64,000 nucleotides of DNA. It comes from Cenococcum geophilum (lineage: Eukaryota). Within the stretch, counting starts at the first letter, position 1, and every line of letters begins with the position of its first letter. The stretch spans positions 6,076,001-6,140,000 of the forward strand of contig CP158636.1 of the NCBI GenBank assembly GCA_050273025.1, given 5' to 3'. Below, piece after piece: positions 62,865 to 64,000 of the stretch. The translations under genes were made by a program, and so were the position numbers. A model generated the notes under the pieces. The model did not search any database, was not told where the DNA came from, and saw only the letters and a program-made list of their open reading frames with translations.

Positions 62865-64000
62865 CTCATGAATCAGACGCTCCGTAGCAGAATTTTAACC
62901 GAACTCAGTTAGATCAGCACGTGCTTGGTTACGGGGCAGGCACACTAGAAAATCGCTTATATCTGCTCCCTATATTTTAAAATTCTGAACGGAGCGTCTG
63001 AGAGCTTATGGGCGTCGCTTTGGTGAGATTTGAATGCTTTGAAAATTAAATTTTGTGTATTTCTACGAGCGACGTCCTAACCACAAGAGATATTATATAT
63101 TTTATTGATGCAATATATTCTTTAGGTAATCATATCTATATATTTATAAATTATAACCCCCTACTAATAATACTAGGGGGCGAGATATATCGTCGCAGAA
63201 CGTAAGTTAGATTCCTAATTTAAATGTTTATACGGATCCGTAGATTTTAACTAAAACCGACTAACTGCCTATGTCTAACTTCTTATAAAATAGAGCTATA
63301 ATATTACTGTAACGTAGAGGCGATAGAGAAAATAAAGAGCTTTTAGCTTATAGTATTTTAGAAATAATTAGACGTAGAGAAGTATATAAGGTATAGCAGT
63401 AAGGCAAAATTATAATAAAATTGCGATAAAATACTGACCATAAATGCGACCGACTGCCTATATCTAATATTTTATATAATATAGCTGCAACGTTATTTTT
63501 TAATGCAATAGATAGAGAAGCTAAAGAGCTCCTACCTCGTAGTATTTTTATAATAACTAGACGTTATAAAATGGTTGAGATACAGCAGTGAAAAAGGTGA
63601 TTTTTGCTGCATTTTAACGCTACATTCTCACTAAAGCGACGCCTATAAGCTCTTAGACCCTCGGGGGAGAATTTCGTTGGTTAATAAGGAGCAGTATGCC
63701 CGCCCGTGCGCGTAGTGCACGTAACAACGCTCCCCCGAGGGTCTGATTTATGAGATAAGTCTAAGGGACATTTCCAACGTTGCTTAAGAAACCCGACTTT
63801 TTTTATGATTCCCCCTATACTCGCGGTTGAATTACTTAACCACAACAGCTTAAAATACTACTAAAAGTTAATCGATTAGAGAGACGACCTAATATTTCAT
63901 TAATATTGGGTCTAAATTAGCCTACAACTGCCTAAAGTTAAGATTATTTTCGCAAAAAAAAAAATCCATTCTTAGGAATCCCAATATTACCTATAATGTT

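Larger units (their letters stand above)
60282..63758 (+). mobile_element. Non-autonomous TTATCTC-family (Academ-like) element, ~0.9 kb without the nested hAT
   Basis: TIR TTATCTCATGAATCAGAC (rebuilt across the hAT insertion) / GTCTGATTTATGAGATAA; 8-bp TSD GTCTGAGG (60274-60281) / GTCTAAGG (63759-63766). Confidence 0.82.
18550..64000. other. AT-rich RIP-mutated block
   Basis: Visible TpA excess and CpA/TpG depletion; paired LTRs differ mostly by C>T and G>A; ORF track almost empty over 35 kb of TE coding relics. Confidence 0.93.

Noticed and set aside
15962..64000. Calling the accessory block a Starship
   Set aside because: No DUF3435 tyrosine recombinase or paired direct repeats recognisable in the window; kept only as a hypothesis for repeat R

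Overview
Filamentous-ascomycete DNA (spliceosomal introns, strong RIP signature; probably a TE-rich Dothideomycete, by inference only) spanning a sharp transition from a gene-rich GC-balanced block to an AT-rich RIP-mutated repeat block. Bases 1-15 kb hold core genes: ORC4 3' part, a secreted GDSL/CE16-type esterase, a LaeA-like methyltransferase, a Tda10/glycerate-kinase-like P-loop protein and peroxisomal FOX2. At 15962 a ~135-bp repeat of unknown type cuts a gene and is followed by an intact patatin-ankyrin gene. A second copy at 55801 cuts a Gypsy RT and is followed by a DUF3632-like pseudogene. Bases 18437-52399 are one complete but RIP-inactivated AcademH-type DNA transposon: DUF6589-like transposase, RecQ-like helicase, extra genes, 19-20 bp TIRs and a 9-bp TSD. 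It is ~12.3 kb once four nested LTR elements, each with a 5-bp TSD, are removed. From 57.1 kb to the end lies a nested stack of related non-autonomous TTA...TAA elements, plus a hAT element and a solo LTR. The most striking features are (1) every complete Academ-type end carries its own end-specific ~70-130 bp fold-back bounded by TCAGAC...GTCTGA, and (2) new copies repeatedly insert at the GTCTGAG inner arm of a relative's fold-back, suggesting self-targeted transposition. Coordinates were counted by hand and no database searches were run.
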